Made by a program: the position numbers and the translations under genes. Below are positions 63,615-64,000 of a stretch of 64,000 bases of DNA, in pieces. Every line of letters starts with the position of its first letter. The first letter of the stretch is position 1. The notes under the pieces are model-generated. The model saw nothing but the letters and a program-made list of their open reading frames with translations. It was not told the origin of the DNA and searched no databases. The DNA comes from the human T2T-CHM13v2.0 reference genome, Homo sapiens, in the NCBI RefSeq assembly GCF_009914755.1, contig NC_060926.1; one strand, written 5' to 3'.

Positions 63615-64000
63615 TATGTATTTTACGCTTTGGGATATAATCTATTTTATTTTGCTGTTCCAGTTGTTTCAGCTTTGCCAATTGGGTGTGATTTCAGTTG
63701 GCTTCTGTTTGACATACCCTCATCAATGTGAAATATCATTTTGTTATTTGTTTTTGTTTTTAGCACTTTTTAAACTTTCTAGTACTACAAGATTCTCTAC
63801 GTTCATCTTGTATACTTTCCACCCCTATCCCTAGTCCCTTTTATTGGATAATGGTATTAGAAAACAAGATATGGACTCTAGGTATATATGTTATGACTGA
63901 GTGTCATTTCTTTTAGGCCCTATCAGCTGACAGAGCAAAAAATTATATGTCAGTGTACTAATCTCTACATATATACATATCTATAAATATATAGATATAT
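63615..64000 (-). mobile_element. L1MC/MD-type 3' UTR fragment
   Basis: tactacaagattctctacgttcatcttgtat; aatggtattagaaaacaagatatgg; taggccctatcagctgacagagc. Confidence 0.6.

Overview
This is primate genomic DNA, human-like: it carries AluY/AluS, L1PA, THE1/MST and HERV LTRs. It is AT-rich, has no CpG island, and is mostly old interspersed repeats. I cannot support any intact protein-coding gene; the ORF track is explained by Alu, L1 and LTR sequence or by chance. The main features are (i) a full-length processed RPL7 pseudogene (53489-54642, minus) split by an AluY; (ii) a two-LTR non-autonomous MER61-type ERV1 provirus (44836-50296) with a tRNA-Lys-like PBS, gag and env relics, and a nested MER9 (HML-3) solo LTR; (iii) a twin-primed, 5'-inverted L1PA (25160-26444); (iv) an AluY nested in an AluS; and (v) many solo LTRs and DNA transposon fossils. 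The less ordinary observations are a half THE1 element that still has an exact target-site duplication (TSD), three short local duplications that look like templated repair scars, and two divergent CTCF-like motifs that both carry the upstream module. I see no convincing evidence of a novel biological system. Repeat subfamily names come from my recall of consensus sequences and need RepeatMasker/Dfam confirmation; boundaries of old repeats are approximate.
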